The position numbers and the translations under genes were made by a program. A stretch of 63,440 nucleotides of DNA, filler included. It is 8 parts of 8 records of this genome, joined end to end, with 100 filler letters (N's around TTAATTAATTAA, not from the genome) between each part and the next. Parts side by side here need not be neighbours in the genome. Positions count along the whole stretch, not along the records: positions 8,084 to 15,104 come from SRR31156797_9238; positions 15,205 to 28,196 come from SRR31156797_9240; 6 more parts are not named here. One strand, given 5' to 3'. This document shows positions 9,127-18,980 of the stretch, piece by piece; positions within the stretch are counted from its first letter, which is position 1, and each line of letters starts with the position of its first letter. The notes under the pieces are model-generated. The model saw only the letters and a list, made by a program, of their open reading frames with translations. It was not told the DNA's origin and did no database searches.

Positions 9127-10193
9127 TTTACTTCATCCTTTTCATTAGCCAGTTGGTGGCATATACCACCTCTATCTCTATTATGCATCCGAGATATGAG
9201 TGCATTAGAAGTCAATTGAAGAGACTTTGCTGCTTTTACAACTGCCAGAACTCTGGAATACCCATCTTTATGATCCATTCGGATATCATCTTTAATCCCA
9301 GAATGGATTTCATCTTGTAGAAGGTTATATACATCTTCAGGAAGTGTGTCCCTGGAAAAGCTTCTCAATGCTTCGGCACTATAGAACTCCACCCTTGAGT
9401 CTTTTAAGTGTTCCATGAACTCAGTCTTATCAACTAAATCTTCTATAGAGTCGAAGTCAGTACTATCTCTGTCTCCGTAAGCATCGAGTAGTTTACGGAT
9501 ATAATTCACCTCATTCTCATCAAGAGCTTCAGGTGGTGATGGAGGTTTGGGTCTGTCTGGCAGACTACCTCCAAACCTTGTTAGATGATAAGGAGATTTT
9601 CTATGTTCATCTATCAGACGCAGCGGTGGGAGATGGGTGAAGATACTAAAGTCTAACTCGTTAAGATGTTGTAAAAGGGCTCCTTCTAAGGGAACTTCTT
9701 CCTGATCCGTAATCTTCTTTTTACAATACTTTTCCCAATTTTCGATCAACCCAGCTTTCAGTTCAACTGGTTTCTTAAGAAGCTTAGATAATGTTGTCCC
9801 AACTCCCTTAGGTGCAACGAATGAATATGATTGAGGATATGTATACTCTCCGTTAAAAGTATAGTAAACAAGCTTGCCAAGCTCTAACCAGACATCTATT
9901 GGATACAATGCGTGATCATAGTGCTTGCACTGATAATTATCCCAGTTATCAAGATCGTTTTGATCTGGCCATGCGATTACATCTCTACCCATATCACCAG
10001 CTCCGCCACATCGCTCAACACGTTCATATTCTGTCTTTTTGATATCTGCCCATTCTTCAAGAAACATTTCCCATTCCTCAGGGCTGTACAGCTCTATCCT
10101 TTTTATGGGAAGAATAGGTGGCCCTATAGAAACAGTATCTGTATAAGGGATGGGACGATTTGATGGATCAGGTATTGGGATAGTATCACTCAT
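9111..10193 (-). CDS. lmuA: ABC-3C/Lamassu effector: Mrr-like PD-(D/E)xK nuclease + CTD6-like domain
   Basis: EWEMFLEEW..GGAGDMGRDV..YQCKHY nuclease motifs; C-terminal GICHQLANE..KW. Confidence 0.85.
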   Translation of the reverse strand: MSDTIPIPDPSNRPIPYTDTVSIGPPILPIKRIELYSPEEWEMFLEEWADIKKTEYERVERCGGAGDMGRDVIAWPDQNDLDNWDNYQCKHYDHALYPIDVWLELGKLVYYTFNGEYTYPQSYSFVAPKGVGTTLSKLLKKPVELKAGLIENWEKYCKKKITDQEEVPLEGALLQHLNELDFSIFTHLPPLRLIDEHRKSPYHLTRFGGSLPDRPKPPSPPEALDENEVNYIRKLLDAYGDRDSTDFDSIEDLVDKTEFMEHLKDSRVEFYSAEALRSFSRDTLPEDVYNLLQDEIHSGIKDDIRMDHKDGYSRVLAVVKAAKSLQLTSNALISRMHNRDRGGICHQLANEKDEVKWVKD

Positions 10194-10273
10194 TTGCTAA
10201 CAAACTTTCTTGATGTTTCATAGTTCTATAATCGGTAAGATACCACATAAATGATATGTTTAACAGAAATTGT

Positions 10274-10747
10274 TTATTTTTCAATCGTTTCCTGAGTAGC
10301 TTCTCGAACAGCTTTAAAGTCATTATATGATGGATAGCTATGCTTGAATTTGGGCTCTGTCTCCCAGTCTTTGATACCAAGTCTGTCGAAGACCTGGTGG
10401 TTAACAATCCTCTCTGTATCTGCTTCTGATTGCGGAGATCCCGAAGCAGCGAATTCGTATGCAAGTTCACGGTAGAGGAAGAAGAGATTCGTATCATTTG
10501 CCAGGGCCTCAAATAGGGAATTGTCTTTCTGTCTGTATGAAGTCTGGAAGAGGATCTGGATTAGTGCCATTAGAGTCTGATTCATCCCATTAAGTTGATC
10601 TCCGACTCGTATCTTATCTTTCACTGCCAGATCCATGAGAAACCGAATGTACTCTGAAGGTGATTCACCTCGTTCTTCGGCCTTCTTATAGAAGTCTGCC
10701 TTTAACTTTCCGTCTATCCGTAATTGTAGGGTTTCTTGTTTATTCAT
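10274..10747 (-). CDS. Ribbon-helix-helix DNA-binding protein (likely start ATG 10747)
   Basis: MNKQETLQLRIDGKLKADFYKKAEERGESPSEYIRFLM is RHH-like; the longer ORF to 10912 overlaps the divergent gene. Confidence 0.7.
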   Translation of the reverse strand: MNKQETLQLRIDGKLKADFYKKAEERGESPSEYIRFLMDLAVKDKIRVGDQLNGMNQTLMALIQILFQTSYRQKDNSLFEALANDTNLFFLYRELAYEFAASGSPQSEADTERIVNHQVFDRLGIKDWETEPKFKHSYPSYNDFKAVREATQETIEK

Positions 10748-10841
10748 ATAAACAATGTAATTACATATGCTTGATATGTCAATACATTGAAATTCATCAC
10801 ACCCATTCATCTGTGCTATACTGATGTAATTAGGAGTTTCT

Positions 10842-11615
10842 ATGCCAATACCGATCTCAGCCTGGTCTACATTAAGACCTTCAATAATGACATTCACATT
10901 CAATAATATCAAAGAAATTGCAGGAGCCTCTGGATTTGATTTAACACAAGTTGCACATCTAAATCAGGGTGGAGCAAGACCCACATCAAAAGGTCAGTTA
11001 TTAACAGCTATGGATAGGATCATAGGGGCTATGGAGAGCGAGATCCAGCAAACATTTCTTATATACTTCATCTCTGAGATGGTAACAAGGAATACTGACC
11101 TTGAAGAAACTATTAGTAACTATCTTCAACGTATTGGATGGGGAATATCGGCAGGAGAAATTTATCCACTTGAATTGCAGATTGACCTTGAGCTTGGCAG
11201 TTTTGATGAGGAATCAAGAGAGAAAGTTGGCCAGGCGATAAGCCGTTACCGCAATGGTGACCTTCCAGGTGCAGTTACATCCATTTGCGGAATTATTGAT
11301 AGGAAGACTCAGATTATCTATGACGAGAACGGTATTGAAGATCATGCAGGAGCTTCTTTTGTAGATAAAGTTGTCAAATCCTTGGCAACTAAGGAAGTCG
11401 TCTATAAAACACAGATAGGTGTTGCGATTACAAACGAAAATGAAAGGAACAGAACATGGAAGTCCCACAAACGATCTGTAACCTTTTCAGCCAATGTGTT
11501 AAGTTCATACAGACGGAATGCTTCTGATGCACACGGCCAGTTGACAATGACATCACCTCAGCTTGTACAGGATGCCATAGATAAGTCTCTTTACATATTA
11601 CGATGTCTATCATGA
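10842..11615 (+). CDS. Putative abortive-infection protein (AbiJ/Abi_C HEPN-like C-terminus)
   Basis: AGGAG RBS; GDLPGAVTS..., YRRNASDAHG (RNxxxxHG-type motif); defence-island context. Confidence 0.55.
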   Translation: MPIPISAWSTLRPSIMTFTFNNIKEIAGASGFDLTQVAHLNQGGARPTSKGQLLTAMDRIIGAMESEIQQTFLIYFISEMVTRNTDLEETISNYLQRIGWGISAGEIYPLELQIDLELGSFDEESREKVGQAISRYRNGDLPGAVTSICGIIDRKTQIIYDENGIEDHAGASFVDKVVKSLATKEVVYKTQIGVAITNENERNRTWKSHKRSVTFSANVLSSYRRNASDAHGQLTMTSPQLVQDAIDKSLYILRCLS

Positions 11616-11616
11616 G

Positions 11617-12273
11617 CTACAAATCAATGGGAGAGAAAATATCCCCAACCTTATCCAGGGTAATCTCTATGGCGTCCGTAATCTGTATTAACACAGGGTT
11701 CTGCGCTGCCAGACCATCCAGGATAGCCTGATTCAAATTCGTAAGCTCGGTTATCTTGTCTTCCATCCCCTTGCTGATTTCAGTTGGTTCTCGATGGTAT
11801 AGCTGGCTTTGGATTATCCCTGATACCCTCAAAATGCTGCAAAACTCTTCGATATCGTTAAGGTCCCTATATTTATGGAAGAAGCAGAAGGCAAAGTAAT
11901 CAGCCCATGATTCCGCACGTAGATCATCAACATAGAACTCCGCCGAGGGGCGAGTGAGCCCGACAACATCATCAAGGAACAGATGCCCTATCTCGTGAGC
12001 GACCACCAGCTCAAAAACATGGCCGTACTCTTGAGTTAGCTCTTCATGGATGAAGATCCTGGGATTAGGAGCATGTAGCCTGGTAGGCATGATTCTGACT
12101 GCGAGAGGAGAACTATACTTCCGTGTTTTTTCATCGAAGATTATCTCTGGGTTGCCCCAATAGATGTCATAACTGTAGTGATATCCATTTATATCAATTT
12201 CGAGCGGTCTAAAAAATGATCCTTTGTCGGAGTAATAATATTCTCTGAAGATGTCGGCGTGGGATTGATTCAC
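11617..12273 (-). CDS. Zinc metallopeptidase, ImmA/IrrE-like
   Basis: VAHEIGH HExxH motif followed by ESWADYFA. Confidence 0.7.
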   Translation of the reverse strand: MNQSHADIFREYYYSDKGSFFRPLEIDINGYHYSYDIYWGNPEIIFDEKTRKYSSPLAVRIMPTRLHAPNPRIFIHEELTQEYGHVFELVVAHEIGHLFLDDVVGLTRPSAEFYVDDLRAESWADYFAFCFFHKYRDLNDIEEFCSILRVSGIIQSQLYHREPTEISKGMEDKITELTNLNQAILDGLAAQNPVLIQITDAIEITLDKVGDIFSPIDL

Positions 12274-12286
12274 GGCAATATTATAT

Positions 12287-12606
12287 CACACATGGTTGTG
12301 TGTGAAGCTTCCTCTTTTGGGGATGAAACTTTATGCAAGTAAAAGAATACGCCCGCCGTAGCGGGCTAATAACCGTGTGAAGTGTTTTGGGGCTGCCTTC
12401 GGCAGGAAATATGATTGTATAATTGTTCAAAGATAATCGTTTTCCATGGTCAGCGTAGCTGACCATATAAAAAGAAAATCCTTCAGCTCTTTACTATAAA
12501 TTCTTTTGTTCTTTTACTTCTTTTACTTACATTTACTTTATCACTCAAGAAGTAAACTATAAGGCAAAAATTATTAACTATTATGCCAAATCTTACTTTT
12601 TACTAC
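12287..12606. other. Putative replication origin / single-strand initiation region downstream of rep
   Basis: Short hairpins at 12351-12366, 12393-12405 and 12446-12466, followed by an AT-rich tract with repeated TTTACT. Confidence 0.4.
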
Positions 12607-14094
12607 CTATATTGAAACTTCTTGATCATATCCATGCATCCTGTTGTATATGTCCAGCTTGGCTGTATGAATATCTACATGATTCCCATCAAGTTTTTTT
12701 ATCTCAACAAGACCAAAATTACGGATGATCTTCAATCCCAGTTCATTAGCAGCTTTATCGACATCGATCTTATCACTGGTAATATATTTATCGAATGACC
12801 CATCTATTATCCATCCATACAGTCGGTCAGATTCAATCTCTGCCTCCCTTCTTATCCATTCGAATATTTTCAAATGGAATACAGATGTCAGACAGCTGTC
12901 GCCGAGGGTTCCTTTGTTATTAAATTTTTTGTCATAGACATAATTCATAACAGGTTCAATCATAAGCCTATCATCTATCTGTTTGAACAACCGTACAAAA
13001 GACTCATCCTTAACAAGTAACATGTCTTTATCAGATAAGGTCTTTCCCATGGATGTATTATACTTTTTCATTTTTCGCCTTAGGACTTCATCTGGAATGA
13101 TCTCATATGATAGTTTCTTTTTGGGCTTCACTGGTGTCATTGCTGATCGACCACCACCATTCTTAACTACTCCTTTGACAACACGGAGTTCTTTTTTTAA
13201 TTTTGTTACTTGTTCCTTGAGGTCGGACATTTCTTCCATGGCACTCTTGAACATGGGTGAAAATAATCCCCAGATATCATCTACAACTCCTTTCTTAAGA
13301 TCAGCATGATCTTCAACTGAGAGCTTTTCTTCGTAGACGGTCACCATCTCAACACCAGCCAAGTCACAGAGAATAATCTGTAGTGGCGTAAAATTATATA
13401 CATACCCATCCTCAAATGGTACGGCACGTATTATGCCTTTACTCTTTAATGATTCCCGATACTTTAATACTGTCCGTGGGCTGAAAGGAAATATTTTATC
13501 GTCATCTGTTGTGCTTAATTCTTCCCCTTTAACTAATAGGCACAATAGAAATAGAAGCTCCAACTCCGTAATACCAATCTCTCTGTGTTTGTCGATAAGA
13601 GCATTCGGAATTTGAAGAAAGCCGTAGATAAGAGATTCCTTGGACCAGGGCGAGTCTTTGATATATGTGTTTGGGTATGCTTTTAGTTCAAGTCCCAGTT
13701 GCTCTTGGATGTCAAAATCTACCAATAAGCCATCTATTGGGGAGAGGTCATATTTAGCACTTGATTGCTGTATAATCTCTTTTTTGTTCTTTAATGGCTT
13801 TATCTTATATATAAATCCATCGACGACAAGTTCCTGAGTCATCTTTGATACTCTTGCCTTAATTTTATTTTTTTCGTCATCGGATAAGTTATCCTTCCTC
13901 GAATAGCCTTCCAAGACAATATGAGGTATTCGTCTTGATCTCATATGTCGATTGATTTTGACAATCTTGATAGCTTTCTTATTTGTGATCTTAGCATCAT
14001 TATTTCCTATCAGATGCTTGAAGGCATAGAAAAACTTGTTGGGGACAGAACTTCGTTGTCCCCCCTTTTCAATAAGTGCTTTATTCCATTTCAT
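12607..14094 (-). CDS. Putative replication initiator with DnaD N-terminal-like winged helix
   Basis: GFLQIPNALIDKHREIGITELELLFLLCLL..RTVLKYRESLKSKGII resembles DnaD/phage replisome organiser wHTH; AGGAG RBS. Confidence 0.55.
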   Translation of the reverse strand: MKWNKALIEKGGQRSSVPNKFFYAFKHLIGNNDAKITNKKAIKIVKINRHMRSRRIPHIVLEGYSRKDNLSDDEKNKIKARVSKMTQELVVDGFIYKIKPLKNKKEIIQQSSAKYDLSPIDGLLVDFDIQEQLGLELKAYPNTYIKDSPWSKESLIYGFLQIPNALIDKHREIGITELELLFLLCLLVKGEELSTTDDDKIFPFSPRTVLKYRESLKSKGIIRAVPFEDGYVYNFTPLQIILCDLAGVEMVTVYEEKLSVEDHADLKKGVVDDIWGLFSPMFKSAMEEMSDLKEQVTKLKKELRVVKGVVKNGGGRSAMTPVKPKKKLSYEIIPDEVLRRKMKKYNTSMGKTLSDKDMLLVKDESFVRLFKQIDDRLMIEPVMNYVYDKKFNNKGTLGDSCLTSVFHLKIFEWIRREAEIESDRLYGWIIDGSFDKYITSDKIDVDKAANELGLKIIRNFGLVEIKKLDGNHVDIHTAKLDIYNRMHGYDQEVSI

Positions 14095-14169
14095 TTTTAT
14101 ACTCCTGAGTAGGTTTCACAAAAAAGTATGCTCAGGAGCTGTAAATTTAGAGGCTGGTAATGGGATTTC

Positions 14170-14523
14170 TCAAAATTTCTTTGGTACCTCATAGTCCCTC
14201 AATCTACCGATCAACTCAACAGGATTGTCATCGGGATAAAGACCAGTCAGTAACTCCAGGGCAGAACCCTTAGTCGGAACCCATGCATAGTCTTCATCAA
14301 TGTAATTCGAGTTTGAGCGGTAGAAGGTTTCTGAACCATCTTTCTCCTTAGTGATGAATAAGAAGTTTCCTTCACCAGAAAAGGGACATGGCGTGATAAT
14401 CAAAGTTCGTCCGCTGTCCCGAGTAATGTTGAATTGATCTGTTACCAATGCTTCAACGATGTCAGCTATGCTATACCGCCGACTCAATAGTTCTCTCAGT
14501 GATGTCATATTTGTCATTTCCAT
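14170..14523 (-). CDS. Small protein resembling a degenerate primase CHC2 zinc-binding domain
   Basis: SIADIV..CPFS..FY..KGSALELL pattern with most Zn ligands lost; GGAGG RBS. Confidence 0.45.
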   Translation of the reverse strand: MEMTNMTSLRELLSRRYSIADIVEALVTDQFNITRDSGRTLIITPCPFSGEGNFLFITKEKDGSETFYRSNSNYIDEDYAWVPTKGSALELLTGLYPDDNPVELIGRLRDYEVPKKF

Positions 14524-14528
14524 TCCTC

Positions 14529-14708
14529 CTAAAAAGTATCTTTGTCCTGCTGGTTCTTTTTAAACCAGGAACTTATATAGTCCTGAACCAAATCCTCTAT
14601 GAGTCGGGACCGAACAAGACCTTCCGTTTGAATAATTTGCTCCAAGGCCAGAGTTGTCTTCAGGCTGAGACTTACGGTCATTGGAATCTTTTTGTCTTTC
14701 GTTTTCAT
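14529..14708 (-). CDS. CopG-like ribbon-helix-helix repressor (start ATG 14708)
   Basis: GGAGG RBS; MKTKDKKIPMTVSLSLKTTLALEQIIQTEGLVRSRLIEDLV. Confidence 0.7.
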   Translation of the reverse strand: MKTKDKKIPMTVSLSLKTTLALEQIIQTEGLVRSRLIEDLVQDYISSWFKKNQQDKDTF

Positions 14709-14884
14709 TAAGACCTCCGTAAATAAGTGCTTCATAATTAACTTTGTGTTTCTCAAATATTTGTTGCGTTCTTTCTATCTATAATTTAAGAAAGTGAACT
14801 ATTTTCTCTGATAGGTTAATGTTGCTGATCATCCGCATAAAAAGGTGTACAATAGTTGGAGATTTATCACCAGGAGCCTTCAAC

Positions 14885-15104
14885 GTGTCCGAAAAACTAA
14901 CACTACAGGAATTAGAATCCCACCTTTGGGGAGCAGCAAATATTTTACGGGGTAAAATAGACTCTGCTAACTTTAAAACCTATATTTTCGGTCTTTTCTT
15001 CTTCAAACGTCTGTGTGAAGTTTGGCAGGAAGAATATGAAGAGAAGCTGGCAATCTATCAAAACTCGGAACTGGCTGCTGATCTCGCTGAGCAACAGATT
15101 GTCA
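14885..15104 (+). CDS. hsdM: Type I restriction-modification methyltransferase, N-terminal fragment
   Basis: AGGAG RBS, GTG start; LESHLWGAANILRGKIDSANFKTYIFGLFFFKRL is the HsdM_N signature; truncated by linker. Confidence 0.9.
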
Positions 15105-15204
15105 NNNNNNNNNNNNNNNNNNNNNNNNNNNNNNNNNNNNNNNNNNNNTTAATTAATTAANNNNNNNNNNNNNNNNNNNNNNNNNNNNNNNNNNNNNNNN
15201 NNNN
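15105..15204. other. Artificial contig linker
   Basis: N-run/TTAATTAATTAA/N-run. Confidence 0.99.
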
Positions 15205-15572
15205 TTGTTGATAAAAGAAGAGAAAAAGCAAATGAATCTGAAGTGATGAATATCATTGGAGAAGTTGAAGGTAGAGATGTAATTTTAGTAGATGATATGG
15301 TTGACACTGCTGGAACTTTAGTAAAAGCCGCTGAAGTGTTAAAAGCTAGAGGGGCTACTAGTGTAATGGCATGTTGTACTCATGGGGTTTTAAGTGGGCC
15401 AGCATATGAAAGACTAGAACATGGTACGCTTGATGAACTAGTGATCACAGATACAATCCCTTTAAAACAAGATTGTTCAAAGATCACTGTTTTAAGTGCA
15501 AGCAAAATCATTGCTGAGACAATTAGAAGAATTTACAATAATGAATCAGTAAATGATATCTTTTCTGAGTAA
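15205..15572 (+). CDS. prs: Ribose-phosphate pyrophosphokinase (5' truncated)
   Basis: [28 protein letters not shown]-binding motif, CTHGVLSG. Confidence 0.97.
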
Positions 15573-15591
15573 TATTCTAACTCAAACACCT

Positions 15592-15625
15592 AACTAAAGA
15601 AAATCATTAAATATTTTCTTTAGTT
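15592..15625 (+). terminator. Probable intrinsic terminator after prs
   Basis: AACTAAAGAAAAT-8nt-ATTTTCTTTAGTT 13-bp stem. Confidence 0.6.
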
Positions 15626-15756
15626 TCATTTTAAAACTCTTTGCTGTAACCAAGTAGTTATTTAGTTTCAGTATTATAAAAAGTGATTATAGATAAAATA
15701 AAACATTATTTTTATAGAATAAAAATCTTCTCACAAATCATAATAAGGAAAAATTT

Positions 15757-16818
15757 ATGAAAAAAACACTCCTAAGTATGTTTGCAGCAAGTTCTATCTT
15801 ATGTGCTGCTGAATATAATTATGAAGTATCTCCAATGATTGGATATATTGATACTAAAAAAAATGTTGATCTTAAAGATCATAAAGTAATTGGACTTGCT
15901 GGATATAAAAATATGGGAGAGGAGTGTATGTTCGATCAATTAGAACTTGCATTTTTACGAGCTACTAATGTTAGTTATGAAAACTCTACTTTAGATACGG
16001 CTATTAGTCTTTTCTCTTTTAATGGAATTAAAGAATATAACCTTAACGATACTGTAAAGCTTTATGCTCTAGCAGGTCTTGGATATGAGAATATAGATGA
16101 TAGCTATTTTGGAAACGAAAGCAACCCTTTTGCTGATTATGGGTTTGGACTCAAAACAAAACTTACAGATCTCGTGTCATTAAAATTAGATGTAAGACAT
16201 CTTTTAAAATTTAATGGAGAGCAAAATATTCTTTACACAGCTGGATTGATGCTTCCTTTTGGAGAAAAAGTACCAAAGGCACCTGAGCCTAAAAAAGTAG
16301 AAGAGCAACCAAAACCTGAACCAGTAATAGAAAAAGAGCCTGAACCAGTTGTTGAGCCTAAAATGGAAGAGAAACCAAAAGTATTAGATAGTGATAATGA
16401 TGGAGTAATAGACTCACAAGATCTTTGTCCAAATACAATAGCAGGTGCAAAAGTGAATAAAGATGGATGTGAAGTGGTGATTGATCCAGTTGATCTTGAG
16501 GTATTATTTGATTTTGATAGTGCACAGATCAAATCTTATTCAATTGAGAAATTTGAAACGTTTATTGAATATTATAAAACTATCGAAAACTGTAAAATTA
16601 TCATTGAAGGGCATACTGATGATTTAGGAACTGATAAATATAATAAAGGGCTTTCTCATAGACGAGCACTAAGTGCAAAAAAACAACTCATCTCAATGGG
16701 TGTGCCTGAAGATAGAATTATCACTAAAGGGTATGGTGAAACAAAACCAAAAGTACCTAATACAACAGAAGAAAATAGACAACTTAATAGACGAATTGAA
16801 GCAAGTGTAATTAGATAA
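15757..16818 (+). CDS. OmpA-family outer membrane protein (CadF/OprF-like)
   Basis: Signal peptide, beta-barrel, P/E/K-rich linker, DSDNDGVID..DLCPNT Ca-binding repeat, IEGHTD..N..LS.RRA..NRRIE OmpA C-domain. Confidence 0.95.
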   Translation: MKKTLLSMFAASSILCAAEYNYEVSPMIGYIDTKKNVDLKDHKVIGLAGYKNMGEECMFDQLELAFLRATNVSYENSTLDTAISLFSFNGIKEYNLNDTVKLYALAGLGYENIDDSYFGNESNPFADYGFGLKTKLTDLVSLKLDVRHLLKFNGEQNILYTAGLMLPFGEKVPKAPEPKKVEEQPKPEPVIEKEPEPVVEPKMEEKPKVLDSDNDGVIDSQDLCPNTIAGAKVNKDGCEVVIDPVDLEVLFDFDSAQIKSYSIEKFETFIEYYKTIENCKIIIEGHTDDLGTDKYNKGLSHRRALSAKKQLISMGVPEDRIITKGYGETKPKVPNTTEENRQLNRRIEASVIR

Positions 16819-16819
16819 G

Positions 16820-16846
16820 AATAAAGCCTATAAATTAGGCTTTATT
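16820..16846. terminator. Bidirectional terminator between convergent ompA and channel genes
   Basis: AATAAAGCCTA-TAAAT-TAGGCTTTATT. Confidence 0.7.
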
Positions 16847-17638
16847 TTGTTTTAAAATAATCTCTTTTAACTCTTTAATCTCTTGGCGCAATTTTTGAAC
16901 TTCAACTTTGGTATGATCATCACTTGTATCGATCTTTTGTATAATATCACTTTTTTCTTCATCTTTAATCTCATTCATTGCATCTACAACAATTGCAATA
17001 ATTAAATTGATCATAATAAATGTTACAACAAAAATAAATGGAACAAAAAATGTCCAAGCAAGTGGTTGAGTTTCCATAATTGGACGAACTATTCCCATTG
17101 ACCAAGACTCTAATGTCATAATTTGAAATAGTGTATAAAAAGACTCTCCTAATGTTCCAAACCACTGTGGAAAATTTTCTCCAAAAAGCTGCACTGCCAT
17201 AATAGCAAAAATATAAAAAATAAGCATCAATAAAGCCCCAATAGAAGCCATCCCAGGAATAACACTTACAAGAGCAATGACGATCTTTCTCATTTGAGGA
17301 ATAACTGTTACTAGTCTAAAGAGCCTAAATACTCTTAAAACTCTTAATATCTCAAACCCAGCACTTGAAGGGACTAATGAGATTGCAACAATTGTAAAAT
17401 CAAAAAGATTCCATCCATTTTTAAAAAAAGGAAGCTTATAAACATATATCCTCATAGCAATCTCTATTGTAAATATAGTGATCACGATCACATCTACAAT
17501 ATGAAGAAGATCTTCATAATCATACATGATCTCTTTTGAGGTTTCAAGTCCCATTGTGATACCATTAAAAATGATCACACCAATGATAAAGTTTTGAAAG
17601 AATGAACTTTCAACTATTGTACGCATCTTATCATACAT
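16835..17638 (-). CDS. Bacterial voltage-gated sodium channel (NavAb-like)
   Basis: S4 [12 protein letters not shown] voltage sensor, TLESWSMG selectivity filter, C-terminal coiled coil, 267 aa. Confidence 0.95.
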   Translation of the reverse strand: MYDKMRTIVESSFFQNFIIGVIIFNGITMGLETSKEIMYDYEDLLHIVDVIVITIFTIEIAMRIYVYKLPFFKNGWNLFDFTIVAISLVPSSAGFEILRVLRVFRLFRLVTVIPQMRKIVIALVSVIPGMASIGALLMLIFYIFAIMAVQLFGENFPQWFGTLGESFYTLFQIMTLESWSMGIVRPIMETQPLAWTFFVPFIFVVTFIMINLIIAIVVDAMNEIKDEEKSDIIQKIDTSDDHTKVEVQKLRQEIKELKEIILKQNKA

Positions 17639-17667
17639 ATATTTTTCTCCAACTATAAAGTGAAAAC

Positions 17668-18969
17668 TTATTTTGCCCCAATTCTAAATAAAACAACTTT
17701 AAGTGTCTTTAAAAAAATAATAAAATCCATCCATAAAGACCAATTTTGTATGTACCAAATATCAAGTTGTGTTCTATCATAAAAAGAGAGTTTATTTCTT
17801 CCATTTACTTGCCAAAGCCCTGTGATACCAGGTTTTACCTTCAAAATAATATCCATATTGATTTTATCAATATTGTTTTTCTCATCAATCATATATGGTC
17901 TAGGTCCTATAAGATTCATATCCCCTCTTAAAACATTAAAAAACTGAGGAAGTTCATCTAAAGAGCTTTTTCTTAAAATCTTTCCAAGTCGAGTAATTCT
18001 TGGATCATTTTTGTATTTATGGTATTTTTTATAATGCTCAACTTCATCTTTATTCTTTTTTAAATAATCTTTCAAGATACCATCACTATCTTCATACATA
18101 GTTCTATATTTATAACAACTAAACTGTTTTCCATCTTTTCCTAATCTTTTTTGCTTGTATAAAATAGTTCCATGTGAGTCTAGTTTAATTAAAATATATA
18201 AAAAGAGATGCAAAATTAAAATCAGAGGGAAAAGCAACATTACTAAAAGTTTTTCGACAATCGATTTAATAAAAACATATTTATAATTTAAAAGTCTATT
18301 TTCTATCTGAAAAGAAGAAAGTCGAATATTAAAAAAATCGATTATTTGCGAATTAGAAAAATCAAAATTATCTAGATAGGGGATAAGATAGATATTTGTA
18401 ATATTAGGGGAGTATTTTTTTAAAAGAGCGTCCAATTCTTCGGTAGAAAAATCTTTTGAATATATAAGCACATTGCTATACCCTTTAATAGCAGGTTTAT
18501 ATCCTAAATACCAATTATTTTTTAACTCATTATGTAAAATCTTTTTTGCATTTTTTTTTGCAACAATCTTGATGTTCTTTTTAAAATGTGGAAATTGAAA
18601 TAAAAAATATTTACTAATTCTTTTTGTAAAAGGTAAAATAACTGCTATACTAATAAATAAAAATATTAGATACTCTTTTGAATATGTTTCAAAAGTACTG
18701 TTTAATGAAAGAAATAAAACAACTGCAATAAAAGAATAAAACACTGCTTTATAAATCTGCTTCATCTCCCTCCAAAAATCAAATCTTTGAGAATAGATTT
18801 TTTCATAAAAAAGGAAAAAACATATAATAAAGTTAAACCAAATATATTTTTGGTCAAAAGGAAGAATAGTAGTTTGTTCTAAAATAAAAAGATCAAAAAA
18901 AACAGATGTGATTATATTAATAAATATAATAGATACAAAATCTATAGTAAATAATATTAATATAAACAC
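17668..18969 (-). CDS. Undecaprenyl-phosphate glycosylphosphotransferase (WbaP/WcaJ family)
   Basis: N-terminal TMs; [51 protein letters not shown]. Confidence 0.95.
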   Translation of the reverse strand: MFILILFTIDFVSIIFINIITSVFFDLFILEQTTILPFDQKYIWFNFIICFFLFYEKIYSQRFDFWREMKQIYKAVFYSFIAVVLFLSLNSTFETYSKEYLIFLFISIAVILPFTKRISKYFLFQFPHFKKNIKIVAKKNAKKILHNELKNNWYLGYKPAIKGYSNVLIYSKDFSTEELDALLKKYSPNITNIYLIPYLDNFDFSNSQIIDFFNIRLSSFQIENRLLNYKYVFIKSIVEKLLVMLLFPLILILHLFLYILIKLDSHGTILYKQKRLGKDGKQFSCYKYRTMYEDSDGILKDYLKKNKDEVEHYKKYHKYKNDPRITRLGKILRKSSLDELPQFFNVLRGDMNLIGPRPYMIDEKNNIDKINMDIILKVKPGITGLWQVNGRNKLSFYDRTQLDIWYIQNWSLWMDFIIFLKTLKVVLFRIGAK

Positions 18970-18980
18970 AAAAAACTTTC

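Noticed and set aside
10186-10512. 108-aa ORF overlapping the RHH gene, and the 55-codon 5' extension of 10274-10912
   Set aside because: Alternative-frame or overlap artefacts; the RHH domain begins at ATG 10747
16270-16380. Repetitive GAGCCTAAA/CCTGAACCAGT tract in ompA
   Set aside because: Ordinary Pro/Glu/Lys linker of OmpA-family proteins
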